Positions 1-11,723 of a stretch of 64,000 bases of DNA are shown piece after piece (position 1 is the stretch's first letter; each line of letters begins with the position of its first letter). The DNA comes from Octopus sinensis (lineage: Eukaryota), in NCBI RefSeq assembly GCF_006345805.1, contig NC_043004.1, positions 32,612,001 through 32,676,000 on the forward strand, read 5' to 3'. The notes beneath the pieces were generated by a model, which was not told where the DNA came from, searched no databases, and worked only from the letters and a program-made list of their open reading frames with translations. Both the position numbers and the translations under genes were made by a program.

Positions 1-174
1 TCCCCTTCCTCAAAATTTCAAGCGTTCTGCTTTTAAAAGAAAAGGATTATTATTATTGGTATAAAAGTTTTCTTGTCATTCCGTTAGTAAGTACGTGTGT
101 TACGCTCCCTGCCAGCGCTCTTATTTGGATCAAGTTACCACATGTGTTAATGGCAAAGACCTATCTATCCAGAA

Positions 175-178
<4 letters not shown>

Positions 179-220
<42 letters not shown>

Positions 221-242
221 GGGAGAAAGAGAGAGAGAGAGA
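179..242. repeat. (GA)n microsatellite
   Basis: Direct inspection; explains ORF 95-292. Confidence 0.95.
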
Positions 243-875
243 GCTATTTAAGGAAAATTTTATTTTTTGTAAGTTCTTTCTTTGCTCATTAGTTTGGTCA
301 GGTTTTTCCAGCAAGCTTTTATATTAGCAGCTTCGTTTGGATGGTCATAATGGATTATTATGAGATAGCACAGTTTCTAGCTTTGATGATGTATTTTTAC
401 AAAATATTTTAGTGCAGTACTTAAATATTCCTATTTACTTTACGATTGTATAAAAGGTGTGCTTAAGTGACTGTATTTATTTGTTTATAAAGAAAATCAT
501 ATACATATTAATATTAATTTATTGCATTTCATATTTAATAAATCAGGACAATTACAGCTTTTCCTTCGATCCTCTCCAGTCATAAACATTCGTTAATGAC
601 ATGGATGATGTTTGAACAGAAATTATTCTAGCTGCAGTGAAACATCATCATGAATAACTTTCCGTCCCCCAAAACTATTACAAGAATTTATTTTTCCGTA
701 ATTGTTGCATTTCACGTGCTGCTCTGCGTTGAAATTACGGTTTCAATACCATCTACTTCGTAGCAGGGAAAAAATTACATTTTAATTATGAAATATAATA
801 AGAACGCTGTAAAGGTTACCGACTCCATGGATAATCCACGGGTCCAGATTGTTATTATTAATGGTCATTCTTCTG

Positions 876-1260
876 ATCATCATTTAATGTCCATGTTCCA
901 TACTGGCATGAGTTGGATGGTTTGACAAGGAGCCGATGTGTCCAAGGCCTGCATCGTGCTCCAGTGTCTGTTTTAGCATGGTTTCGACGCCTGGACGCCT
1001 CTTCTAACACCAACCACTAAACAGCAGGGACTAAATGGTTTTTGTCGTATGCCACCAGTCCTATTGACGTCACCATGCAGCTTACAAAACAACAAAACCC
1101 GAGTACGGAGAGGGTGTCTTTATGCTTGGAGATGAGGGGTCAAAGTGTGAGAGAAGAGGGTGGGGTAGAGCAGAATCTCGTTGTAGATGATCTTTAAGGT
1201 TACTCACATTTAAGAGTGCGAAGGTGAATGTTGAGTAGGAACAGCAGAAATAAACAAAGG
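876..1260 (-). mobile_element. Decayed SINE family C (RTE-type 3' tail, (ATG)n end)
   Basis: Reverse complement resembles the 3' part of 59950-60113 (tggttggcattaggaagggcatccag ... catgctagc..gga..cggacgttaaatgatgat). Confidence 0.65.
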
Positions 1261-1769
1261 CGTTGGGTGTCCATAGCAATTCTTCCCAATTTACTCTGAA
1301 CTAAATTGGTTTGTTTGACATCAATTCTGTCAAAGTTTCGTCCTTTCCTTTTCATTTTCTACAACCTCGGATCGACCTACACCTAGTGAATGAAACTGGG
1401 TAGATGGAGAATGTGCGGAAGATCGTCGGGTGGGTTGCGCCTGTAATTCAAAGGGTAGCCTTGTGTATTTTGTCAAGGGTACAATTGTCTGTGGAATACT
1501 TCGTCACTTGGACGTTAAGAAAAAAAGATCAGAATTTTTTCTTAAATTTCATACTGAAGTGAATGATGTCAACCGTGAAATATTTCTGTAAATGAGGAAT
1601 TACCAATATACGATAGACATTTATCCTTTGTATAAAACCCCGAGTCTCTATTAATAATCAAAAGGTTCGCTTAGGTACAAGGATCTGACCGACGAGTTCA
1701 TAGTCAATATGGCGGGAACGGCAGAGGCGATGGCATCAGATTGCTACAGTCATTATTTTTGACAGACTG

Positions 1770-2200
1770 AAGGCAGCGAGTTGACCGAATCGTTATCACG
1801 CCGGGCGAAATGCTTTGTGGTCTTTTGTTTGTGGTCTCTACGTTCTGAGTTCAAATTCCGCCGAGGTCGATTTTGCCTTTTATCCTTTCAGGGGTCGATA
1901 AAATAAGTACCTGTTGTACACTGGGGTCGATGTAATCGACTCATCTCCTCTCCCCAAATTGCTACCCTTGTGGCAAAATTTAAAGCCATTATTTTTGACG
2001 AACTTGCAGAATCGTTGGCGCGTCGGACAAACAACTTAGCAGTATTTCTTCTGCCTATCAATTTTGAGTTCAAATTCCGTCGAGGCCAACTTTGCCTCTC
2101 ATTCTTTCAGGATCGCTAATACAAGTCTCATCGAGGCCGGAGTATTCGACTGACCCCTCCCAGCAAGATTTTGTACCTTGTGGCCATAGTAGAAAGAATT
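1770..2200 (+). mobile_element. Two adjacent tRNA-derived SINE family B copies
   Basis: Heads aggcagcgagttgac..aatcgtta..cgccgggcgaaatgc, B-box-like gagttcaaattcc, core gtcgattttgccttttatcctttcaggggtcgataaaataagtacc. Confidence 0.85.
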
Positions 2201-2794
2201 AATTTTGTTTAGCTCTGGGTCAGTTCTTCTTGAGAAGATATAAGAGTAAAACGGTGTTCATCAATTTATTATAGACAGTGCTGTATGATTTGGTGGTCGT
2301 GAGGGCATTTGACTGTTATTTCTAACATGTCCATCGACCATATAGAGACTCCTGCCGTGTACATCGTCATCGATGACAGTGTTCCCTCTGATGGCATCGA
2401 AGAAGGCGACCGAACATTAACTGAAGTAAAATAGAGGAACTATATCTGTGCAGCCTCACAATTCTTTGTTTTAGCCTGACCGTATTCATAAAATAAGAAA
2501 AAAAACACAAAAAAACTCCTCAGAGACAGAAAATACTTCAGCTCTGAATAATTGTTGAATAATTGAGTGAGATCCCCAATAGAGTAATGTCCCCACATCA
2601 GGGACAAACAGTTGTTTGACAAAAAACAAAACGTCCAGTTTTTAAAAGAAATGGATCTGATTCGTTAGAAAGGATTCCCTCATCAAACGCATCTCAATCT
2701 CTGGCCTATAGATGTGCCGTTGTCCTCTAGTTATTTTCCTACCGTTACGGCAAAGTCCTCTGCTCATCCAATCTAACTTATTGGATCACTAAGT

Positions 2795-2940
2795 GAAGGT
2801 GCGCGGCACAGTGATTAGGGCGTTGCATTCACGACCGCATGATCATGGGTTCGATTCCCGGGTCGAGTGAATACTTTATTTTATGTTGTTTCAGTCCATT
2901 CTGCTGTAAATGAGTAAACTCTTCGACAAACTGTTGTAAT
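2795..2940 (+). mobile_element. tRNA-derived SINE family D, degraded
   Basis: gaaggtgcgcggcacagtgattaggg (A-box-like) ... gggttcgattccc (B box); same family at 5223-5387(-) and 48749-49011(+). Confidence 0.7.
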
Positions 2941-3141
2941 CCCGGTCAATTATACGCCACGAGAATCGGGATCTGGCCTAATGAGTTCTAGGACTTGCGA
3001 TAGTAATGCCCATGGGTGGTTGTTGATGATGATGACGACGACGACGATGACGATGATGATATCGCTTCCACCCTTGCCTGCCAGTCTCTCCATCTCTCAT
3101 CCCCCCCCTACTATATCTTACCGCGCCATTCCCAACCTATA

Positions 3142-3541
3142 GGCGCAGGAGTGGCTGTGTGGTAAGTAGCTTGCTTAATAACCACATGGTTCCGGGTTCA
3201 GTCCCACTGCGTGGCATCTTGGGCAAGTGTCTTTTGCTATAGCCTCGGGCCGACCAATGCCTTGTGAGTGGATTTGGTAGACGGAAACTGAAAGAAGCCT
3301 GTCGTATATATATGTATATATATGTGTGTGTATATGTTTGTGTGTCTGTGTTTGTCCCCCTAGCATTGCTTGACAACCGATGCTGGTGTGTTTATGTCCC
3401 CGTTACTTAGCGGTTCGGCAAAAGAGACCGATAGAATAAGTACTGGGCTTACAAAAGAATAAGTCCCGGGGTCGAGTTGCTCGATTAAAGGCGGTGATCC
3501 AGCATGGCCGCAGTCAAATGACTGAAGCAAGTAAAAGAGTA
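3142..3541 (+). mobile_element. Full-length SINE family A (tRNA head, internal (TA)n(TG)n, aaaagagt tail)
   Basis: ggcgcaggagtggctgtgtggtaag ... ggttccgggttcagtccc ... aagtaaaagagta; near-identical copies at 44413-44860 and 57885-58325. Confidence 0.92.
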
Positions 3542-3833
3542 TCCCCTCAAGAATTCCTTCCACCCTCAAGAATTCCACCCCTTTCCCAGCTGATCCCAGT
3601 TTACAAATGCATAAACTGAACATCGACCGCATCAATATTACAGGTCTGGGAGAATCTGTAGAAGTGTTTGGCTCGGTCGTTTCCTCTTAAAGTACAGATG
3701 CTTTTTGATGAAGGCCAGTTCCAAACATTAGGGAATAAAAAAAAAAAACAAAAACAAAAACAAAAGCCAATTCAGAATTCAGTCAATTCTTTCGTGACAA
3801 AAATTTTGTTATCGGTAAACAAAATTAATATAG

Positions 3834-3906
3834 CATGGATGAATGGTGTCAAATTATGGCATCGCTTCGTGTTGCCAGAAAGAATGATTATGCGGAGATG
3901 GAAACG
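3834..3906 (+). CDS. Candidate coding exon [24 protein letters not shown] (unidentified)
   Basis: Unique sequence, open frame, ACG|gttagt donor. The acceptor (aatatag|c) is weak, but the ATG has an agcATGg context. No protein family recognised. Confidence 0.25.
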
Positions 3907-3995
3907 GTTAGTATTTGTTTTATTTCTGATTGTTTTTTCTTTGTTATTTCTGGTATTTCTGCATGATTGAGGTGTAAACTGTTGTTGATATAATC

Positions 3996-4017
3996 TCTGT
4001 CTCTGTCTCTTTCTCTT

Positions 4018-4099
<82 letters not shown>

Positions 4100-4214
4100 A
4101 TACGATCACACATGTGTATATATATATATGCATATGCATATATATATATATGTATATATACAAGCATATTTATTTATATGTATGTATATGTATACAAACA
4201 TATTTATCTATATG

Positions 4215-4245
<31 letters not shown>

Positions 4246-4295
4246 CTATATATATATATATATATAGCCATACGTATATGTATATACATATATAT
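3996..4295. repeat. Compound (CT)n/(AT)n microsatellite
   Basis: Direct inspection. Confidence 0.95.
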
Positions 4296-4299
4296 TTTT

Positions 4300-4432
4300 T
4301 CTGTGTCTCTTTCTGTAGAAGAGCTTAGGCTCGAAACGTAAAGGACTTTTTCCATTCCTGAGCGTTATATTAATACATCTGTTTGTTTCGTACACTACCT
4401 GTCTTCGTCTTTTGTTTTTTTCGTAACTCTCC
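4300..4432 (+). mobile_element. Penelope-type pseudo-LTR fragment with variant hammerhead (4308-4346)
   Basis: tcttt-CTGTAGA-A-gagc ttag gctc-GAAAC-GTA-aagga: stem I 5 bp (one G.U), stem II 4 bp, palindromic ACGU stem III. Same family at 31690-31820. Confidence 0.6.
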
Positions 4433-5015
4433 ATACACACACACACATATATATATGCACACATACATATACATGTGTACATACATACATACATACATAC
4501 ATACATACATACATACATACATACATACATACATACATACATACACACACACTCACACAAATTGTAATTGGGATGTCATACACACTGTTGACTTTGAGAT
4601 GTTTTTATGATGACCTGTTCAAAAGATTGCAAAGTTTATATCTCCCTACTTTTTATGTTCCTATGAAAGAAAGAAAGAAAAAAACAGTTATCGGTAATAA
4701 CAAAAAAAAAAAAAAGTTTCTTTGGAGACAGAAGAGCAGAGCGTCAGGCAAAAACATGTTTCGGTATTGTGCGGGCTTTTTTACGTTATGAGTTCAAATC
4801 CTTACGCGGTCAACCATTGTCTTTCATCATCATCATCATCATCACTACCATCACCATCATCAAGCCCTCCACGTTACTGTCCCAAGCCCCAGAATTCATA
4901 GGACCGGTCTTCCGGTTTCCATGACGTATGAGCAACTGAGATCACAACCGGTATTAAGGAAGGATAGGAAAATATTAGTTTTATAAGTCCTAAAATTATC
5001 TCCATAATTGCCCAC

Positions 5016-5222
5016 GGGCATATGGCGTAGTGGTTAAGAGCGCGGGCTATTAACCCCAAGATTCCGAGTTCGATAATAATAATAATAATAATAATAATAC
5101 GTTAGGAATGAGAACTCAGGACACCTGATGAAAACTGGAGGGTGTATCAGCCGAAACGTTGTGTTAGCAACAAACAAGATGAGGACAAATAACCGTCAAA
5201 TGTAAATAATGTAAATAATGTA
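5016..5222 (+). mobile_element. tRNA-headed SINE carrying a minimal type I hammerhead ribozyme
   Basis: A box TGGCGTAGTGG 5023-5033; B box GAGTTCGAT 5066-5074, truncated by (AAT)n; acac-CTGATGA-A-aactg..cagcc-GAAAC-GTT-gtgt at 5121-5164; tail of tgtaaataa repeats. Confidence 0.7.
5121..5164 (+). ncRNA. Minimal type I hammerhead ribozyme motif (outer stem II pairs mismatched)
   Basis: Core CUGAUGA 5125-5131, GAAAC 5153-5157, GUU site 5158-5160, stem I ACAC/GUGU, stem II CUG/CAG with two A.C mismatches at its base. Confidence 0.65.
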
Positions 5223-5387
5223 CCCGCATCCACCTGTACGAGACGCTTGTGGTTACTCATTTACAGGTGAGTGGTTTGGGGTAGCGTGAAAGGAAGTGTC
5301 ATGCTTAGGAACACAGCTTACCGCACGAGCCGAGAATCGAACACCTATCGTAAGAGTAACATCCTAACCATCGAGCCACGCACCTTC
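5223..5387 (-). mobile_element. SINE family D fragment
   Basis: Reverse complement starts gaaggtgcgtggctcgatggttagg ... gtgttcgattctcgg. Confidence 0.7.
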
Positions 5388-5574
5388 ACCTCTTCCACCT
5401 TCCAGGGTCGTCAAAATAAAATAGCCGTGAAGTACTGAACTCTATTATAATCGGCTACCCTATCGACCCCAGTACTTTTTTTATCGGGTCCTTTTGCTGA
5501 ACTGCTGACTTATGGGGATGTGAACAACCCGATACCGGTTGTCAAGCGCTAGTGGAGGGCAGACACACACGCAC

Positions 5575-5577
5575 GCG

Positions 5578-5673
<96 letters not shown>

Positions 5674-6183
5674 TGTAAATATGTTTTCAGTTTCCGTCTA
5701 CCAAATCCATTCACAAGGCCCGAAGTTATAGTAGAAGACATTTGCCCAAGGTGCCACGCAGTGAGATTGAAACTGGAACCATATGATTGAGAGACTTCTT
5801 TACAGACAGCTGCCTGCGCCTAGCCACCTCTTTCTACCATTCTAGGTCTTCTTCAGCTCTTCAGGATCAATAGGGTACTTACAATATATATATTATATAT
5901 ATATATTATATATATATATAGATATATATATATATAATATATATATATATATAATATATACATATATATATATATATATATTACTCTTTTACTCTTTTAC
6001 TTGTTTCAGTCATTGACTGCGGCCATGCTGGAGCACCGCCTTTAGTCGATCAAATCGACCGGGACTTATTTTGTAAGCCCAGTACTTATTCTATCGGTCT
6101 CTTTTGCCGAACCGCTAGGTGACGGGGACGTAAACACACCAGATCGGTTGTCAAGCAATGCTAGGGGGACACACAAAACACAC

Positions 6184-6236
<53 letters not shown>

Positions 6237-6238
6237 CA

Positions 6239-6270
<32 letters not shown>

Positions 6271-6504
6271 TGTAAATATGTTTTCAGTTTCCGTCTACCA
6301 AATCCATTCACAAGGCCCGAAGTATAGTAGAAGACATTTGCCCAAGGTGCCACGCAGTGAGATTGAAACTGGAACCATATGATTGAGAGACTTCTTACCA
6401 GACAGCCATGCCTGCGCCTAGCCACTCTTTCTACCATTAGGTCTTCTTCAGCTCTTCAGGATCAATAGGGTACTTACTATATATATATATATATAATATA
6501 TATA

Positions 6505-6549
<45 letters not shown>

Positions 6550-6765
6550 CATATATATATATATATATATTACTCTTTTACCTTTTAATTGTTTCAGTCA
6601 TTTGACTGCGGCCATGCTGGAGCACCGCCTTTAGTCGATCAAATCGACCCCGGGACTTATTCTTTGTAAGCCCAGTACTATTCTATCGGTCTCTTTTGCC
6701 GAACCGCTAGGTGACGGGGACGTAAACACACCAGATCGGTTGTCAAGCAATGCTAGGGGGACACA

Positions 6766-6770
<5 letters not shown>
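5575..6770. repeat. About 597-bp direct tandem duplication of SINE-A parts, a unique spacer and (TA)n
   Basis: gtaaatatgttttcag at 5675 and 6272; spacer ctttctaccatt..ggtcttcttcagctcttcaggatcaatagggtac appears twice; copies differ mostly by 1-2-nt indels. Confidence 0.85.
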
Positions 6771-6813
<43 letters not shown>

Positions 6814-6952
6814 CATATATACGACAGGCTTCTTTCAGTTTCCGTCTACCAAATCCACTCACAAGGCATTGGTCGGCCCGGGGCTATAGCAGAAGACACC
6901 TGCCCAAGATTCCACGCAGTGGGACTGAACCCGCAACCATGTGGTGGTTAGC
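6571..6952 (-). mobile_element. SINE family A
   Basis: Reverse complement of the 3142-3541 family, missing the extreme 5' end. Confidence 0.9.
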
Positions 6953-6953
6953 A

Positions 6954-7027
<74 letters not shown>

Positions 7028-7418
7028 TATAATATATATATATATATTATATATATATATTCAGGGGGGGAAACGGGTAGATCTAATTACGATCGTGTTA
7101 AGTTGTAAATGTAATTCCGCTGTAGAAATACTGTCTTTCGAGATGGTCAAAATGAAGATCTCCGTGTTTAACCTTACTTCAAACATGTTTGTGGTAAATG
7201 ATTTGGGTTTTTTTTTTCATGCTTGTGACCTACTGTTAGCGAGTTCAAATCTAGCGTAGATCGACTTTTCTATTTATTGTTATGAAGTTCACAAAAGAAG
7301 CATCAGCTTGTGAGTATGTGTGTAGGTGTGTATATGTGTATTTGTATGTGTGTGTGTGTGTGTGTGTGTGTGCACATATACGCACACATATAGATACATA
7401 CATACATACATACATACA

Positions 7419-7451
<33 letters not shown>

Positions 7452-7530
7452 CGCCGATTGAATCGATCTACAACATTAACCTTGCGCCAAGTCTAAAGGA
7501 ATCCTTATATAACAACGATAACAACAACTA

Positions 7531-7568
<38 letters not shown>

Positions 7569-7832
7569 TGTGGTGTTATTGATACAACTGCTGCTGTTGC
7601 TATTTATCTATTTGTAGAAATCAATTCTATTCCTCTCTCTCTCTTTTCCTTCTTTGTCTCTCTCCTCTCTCTCCCTCTCACACACGTATACACATATACG
7701 CACACACATACACGCATGCGCGCATACATACACATACATGCACACACACACACACACACACACAAAGGAGAGGAAGAAGAAAAAGAATTTTTTTTTACAT
7801 TTTCTTTTGTATGGAGTAAATAAAAATGAAAT

Positions 7833-7915
7833 ACAACAGCAGCAGCAGCAGCATCAACAACAACAACACCACCACCAACAACAACAACAACAACAATAAT
7901 AATAATAATAATAAT
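7833..7915. repeat. (CAG/CAA/CAC)n-(AAT)n triplet repeat
   Basis: Direct inspection; source of spurious poly-Q/poly-L ORFs. Confidence 0.9.
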
Positions 7916-8688
7916 GTGAACCCCTGCGTTTCTTTGATATCTCGAGATGAATCTAAAAATATCTGCAAGAAACGCAATTTAGTCGCATGTGTATTGTAAA
8001 GGATAGAATTTATCAGAATTTCTCAATTTCTCCCGACCATTCCTTATTTCCTTGTTGTTATTACATTCTACAGAATTTGGTGCCGTCTTCCTTTTTCTTT
8101 CCCCCCTCCCCCCTCTCTCTCTTTTTTTAAATAAGTTATTCCTTTTCCTTTCAATAACGTCTAAAACTTGAATCAATTTTTTGTTTCGTTGTTTTCTATT
8201 TTATAAGATTAACTTACGTATTCAGACGCGCATGCGCGTGCACACACACACACACACAGCCATATATACATTCTCATGCACGTATAAAATAGATCTGGAA
8301 TGACCGCGAATAATGCAGGTGCCAAAATTGATTTATTACAGAATCGCAAGATCTGGCTTTCACAGTGAGCATATGAGGAAAGAGGGATTTGTTAAGTTTA
8401 CTGTTTTTTAGGTGCGGTTTTTATATGCATTACTTAACATTCCTGCGATCAAACCCCGACGAGGTCGATTTTTACGTTTCGTTCTTCAGAAAATATCTCG
8501 AAAACATCTTCGGCCTTTCGCAGCTGCCAAAAACAGTAGCCAACTCTTTATGACGGTGGAAAGAAGGATGCATAGGTGTCACATAGGTGACACCACCAGC
8601 CACCAGAGGGTCTTGTGCCCAGAGCAAAAGACAAAAGGAGGAAGGTTCATAATGCTGTCGGTCCCACACTACAGCAACAACAACAAGT

Positions 8689-9035
8689 GGAGGCGCAATG
8701 GCCCAATGGTTAGGGCAGCGGTCTCGCGGTTGGAGGATCGCGGTTTCGATTCCCAGACCGGGCGTTGTGTGTGTTTGTTGAGCGAAAACACCTAAAGCTC
8801 CACGAGGCTCCGGCAGGGGGTGGGGGGTGGCGACTCCTGTTGTACTCTTTCGCTCCAACTTTCTCTCACTCTTTCTTCCTGTTTCTTCCTACGCAACCGC
8901 TGAGCCTGGATGCGCATTCATCCATCCGTCGATGCTCTCGGTGTCGGGGGTTGACCAGCTTTCTCTTCGGCGGGTCTTACGAATAGCAAAGGACCACGTT
9001 TCGGACTTCTCTCACTACAGAAGACCGCTTCGCTC
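8689..9035 (+). mobile_element. tRNA-derived SINE family E with 3' stem-loop, followed by (CAA/CAG)n
   Basis: ggaggcgcaatggcccaatggttagggc (A box) ... ggtttcgattccc (B box); terminal hairpin ggacttct-ctcactac-agaagacc. Confidence 0.75.
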
Positions 9036-9432
9036 AACATCAACATCAGCAGCAGCAGCAACAACAACAACAACAGCAACAGCAGCAACAACAACAGCAA
9101 CAACAACAGCAACAACATTAGTATCAGCAGCAACAGTACGCAAGCGCATTAACAGTTGCAACAAAAGTAACAAAAGCAGGGACAAAGACCAACATGAAAG
9201 CCCAGAAAGACTTTGAAAGGTAAATAAACACACGCACTTGAAACAACTTTAGGTTAAAATAACTGGTCTCTATAAACATACATAGCTGGGTGGTAAGAAG
9301 TTTGCTTCCCAATCGCACGGTTCTGGGTTCAGTCCCACGGCATGGTGTCGTGGATAAGTGTTGCCTACTATAGCCTCGGGCCGACCTAAGCCTTGTAGTG
9401 GATTTGGCAGACGGAAGTGAACGCAGACCGTC

Positions 9433-9502
<70 letters not shown>

Positions 9503-9705
9503 TTTAAAAAAATGGAGAAATACACCTAAATCAATAATCAACTACCAGATAGTACCCAATCACATAATTTATTAAACCACTACATATGAACATCAAGGTC
9601 AATTCTTAACATTTATGTATTAACTTTCTTGGGTGCTTTACTGGCAGTATATTGGATATATGTTATCCCATGGCGGGTTGCACTCACAACCCCTATCTCA
9701 ATTTG

Positions 9706-9752
<47 letters not shown>

Positions 9753-9789
9753 TATATATATTACATATATATACGACAAAACACCCCCT

Positions 9790-10155
9790 CGTCCAATGGA
9801 CGGTGCTGAGTTGTCAAGCATTTAAACCAAATTTTCTCAAAACAACTTGTCCGACCGTCCCATATGCCTCCCCTTTGAGAAGCAATGATTTAACCTAAAT
9901 TTGAGACACCAGCAAAAGAAGAAATAAAGATAGACTTTTTTCTACTCCAAGAAAAACGATTTTTCAAATGCACGTTCCCACGGCTTTATCGATCGCATTC
10001 TCACCTGGAATCGATTTTTGTAAATTTTTCAATACTTATGCACGCCCTGATACCGTCGGTATCTACATATCAAATTTGAGCGCAATCGGAGGGAGGATGA
10101 CCGAGATTCTAGAAGACACACACACTGACTGACAGAAGGGATTTTATATAATATA
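9790..10155 (+). mobile_element. Helentron/HINE(DINE-1)-like non-autonomous element, 3' part
   Basis: caaatttgagcgcaatcggagg..gaccgagattctag-acacacacactgactgacag..ttttatataatatat matches the typical 3' architecture of these elements (from recall). Confidence 0.45.
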
Positions 10156-10173
10156 TATATATCTATATATATA

Positions 10174-10214
<41 letters not shown>

Positions 10215-10218
<4 letters not shown>

Positions 10219-10915
10219 AAATGGGACAAGAACGCAAAACATCCAGACAGTTAGGTGATAGATGAAAGGGACAACAAAACATCAAGATAGACGATACAAA
10301 GAAAACAAGGACGGCTCATTCGGAGTTTTCTTTCCTCAGTCAAGTTCCAGATTATCTTCGTAATTTCGATTGGTTATACTCGAGATTGCTCCAATCTGGC
10401 CTGCCTCAAGGAAAAACTAAGCTAAGAGCAAGAAAGCAGCGAATGCATACGAAAACAAGGACGGAAAAAACAGGAGAAGGTTACACAAACACAAATAACA
10501 GGGCATAACAACAGGTGTCTTTCGACTGAGGACGAATTAAATTAAGCTGGCGTGTGTGGAAGTAAAGCCTTATGGCAGGGATACAAGATTTCACAGACAC
10601 AGGGAAGTATATAGATGTTGCACGGACAACGGCCGAACCAAGAAAGAAAAGTCAAGCTTGCCCGAACATCGGTCACGTGGGGAGAGAAGAGAGAGAGGTA
10701 GAGGCAGAGGAACAGAAGAAATAAGGAGGGGCGAGAAAAATGACAGGGACACAGTGAAGGGAAAAGAGGAGGGAAAGTGAACATGAAGAGAAGGCAATGA
10801 AATGTGAGAGAGGGGAAACGAAAGAACGAAGAGTGGAATGAACGAAGTAAGCATGAAAGGGCTGATAGAAAGAAGGAAAGAATAAAAGAATAGATCGTAC
10901 AAGATTTAGATAAAT
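10215..10915 (+). mobile_element. Unclassified interspersed repeat inserted in (TA)n, possibly Penelope-derived
   Basis: 10215-10460 recurs reverse-complemented at 33385-33630 (gagattgctccaatctggcc..caaggaaaaa.taagctaagagca..gaaagcagcgaatg.atacgaaaacaagga). Confidence 0.6.
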
Positions 10916-10954
10916 ATATACTTACATATAAGAGACCAAAGTGTACGTACGCCG

Positions 10955-11025
<71 letters not shown>

Positions 11026-11224
11026 TTAAATTGATGAATAAATTATCCTTTGTTTACCGCTAACATGGAAAATTCAATAAACAGTTACCAGGGTAGCAAA
11101 ATTCACGCAAGTAACACGGATGAAGCGACCTATTCAATGGTAGAAACTCCGGGTTAATGTGCAGTAATTTGTGTATTATAAGTAAATAAATGGAGCTGAA
11201 CGAAGATGTTATTAAATTGTTTTA

Positions 11225-11306
11225 CTTTCAACATATGTTTCGAAGACAACATGGTATTATTCCAAAGGAATAAACGGTGTAAAATGCAATCTTCTCATCA
11301 GGAAAG
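11225..11306 (-). ncRNA. Near-canonical type I hammerhead ribozyme (Penelope-type)
   Basis: Minus strand: ctttc-CTGATGA-gaagattgcat..atgttgtcttc-GAAAC-ATAT-GTT-gaaag. Stem I 5 bp, stem II 11 bp with one mismatch and G10.1-C11.1, palindromic ACAUAUGU stem III, GUU site. Confidence 0.8.
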
Positions 11307-11642
11307 AAAGAGAGCCTATCTCAACAACAAGACTTATAATATACTAGTTTGTATACACGTTTACTATATGTATAGAAACGTGAAACAGCACTCGCCATAA
11401 TATATTGTGATAAAAAAGTAGGGTTTTACTCAGAGTGCCGGTGGATCACTAGACACGGTGTTTCAACCTGGTTTGGTCACTTCAGTGGCGAATATCCGGA
11501 ACATTGTGAGCTAAGCCTAAAAATGCTTATTGTTATACAGAAATCAATTAACGAAACATTTGTTCATTTATACGAAAGCTAACCAGGCTAGAATCCAATT
11601 AATCTATGCACTGAGCACTAGACTTTTACATATTTTTTGTAG

Positions 11643-11723
11643 GGTCTGAAGGATTTCTTCAATATCTCATCGTTCAATCCAAAGAGTGATTTATCTCTTA
11701 TCTGCTTAATATCACCGATGCCC
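11643..11723 (+). CDS. Candidate 81-nt phase 0-0 exon GLKDFFNISSFNPKSDLSLICLISPMP (unidentified)
   Basis: Strong acceptor ttttacatattttttgtag|, donor CCC|gtgagt, length divisible by 3, open frame, unique sequence. Confidence 0.35.

Noticed and set aside
5016-5074. Possible tRNA gene (also SINE heads at 2795, 8689 and 48749)
   Set aside because: No complete cloverleaf or acceptor stem; each continues into SINE body sequence.
8466-8494. Minus-strand atttt-CTGAAGA-ac-GAAAC-GTA-aaaat hammerhead-like string
   Set aside because: No stem II, and it lies in a degenerate SINE B core (gaggtcgattttt..), so it is probably coincidental.
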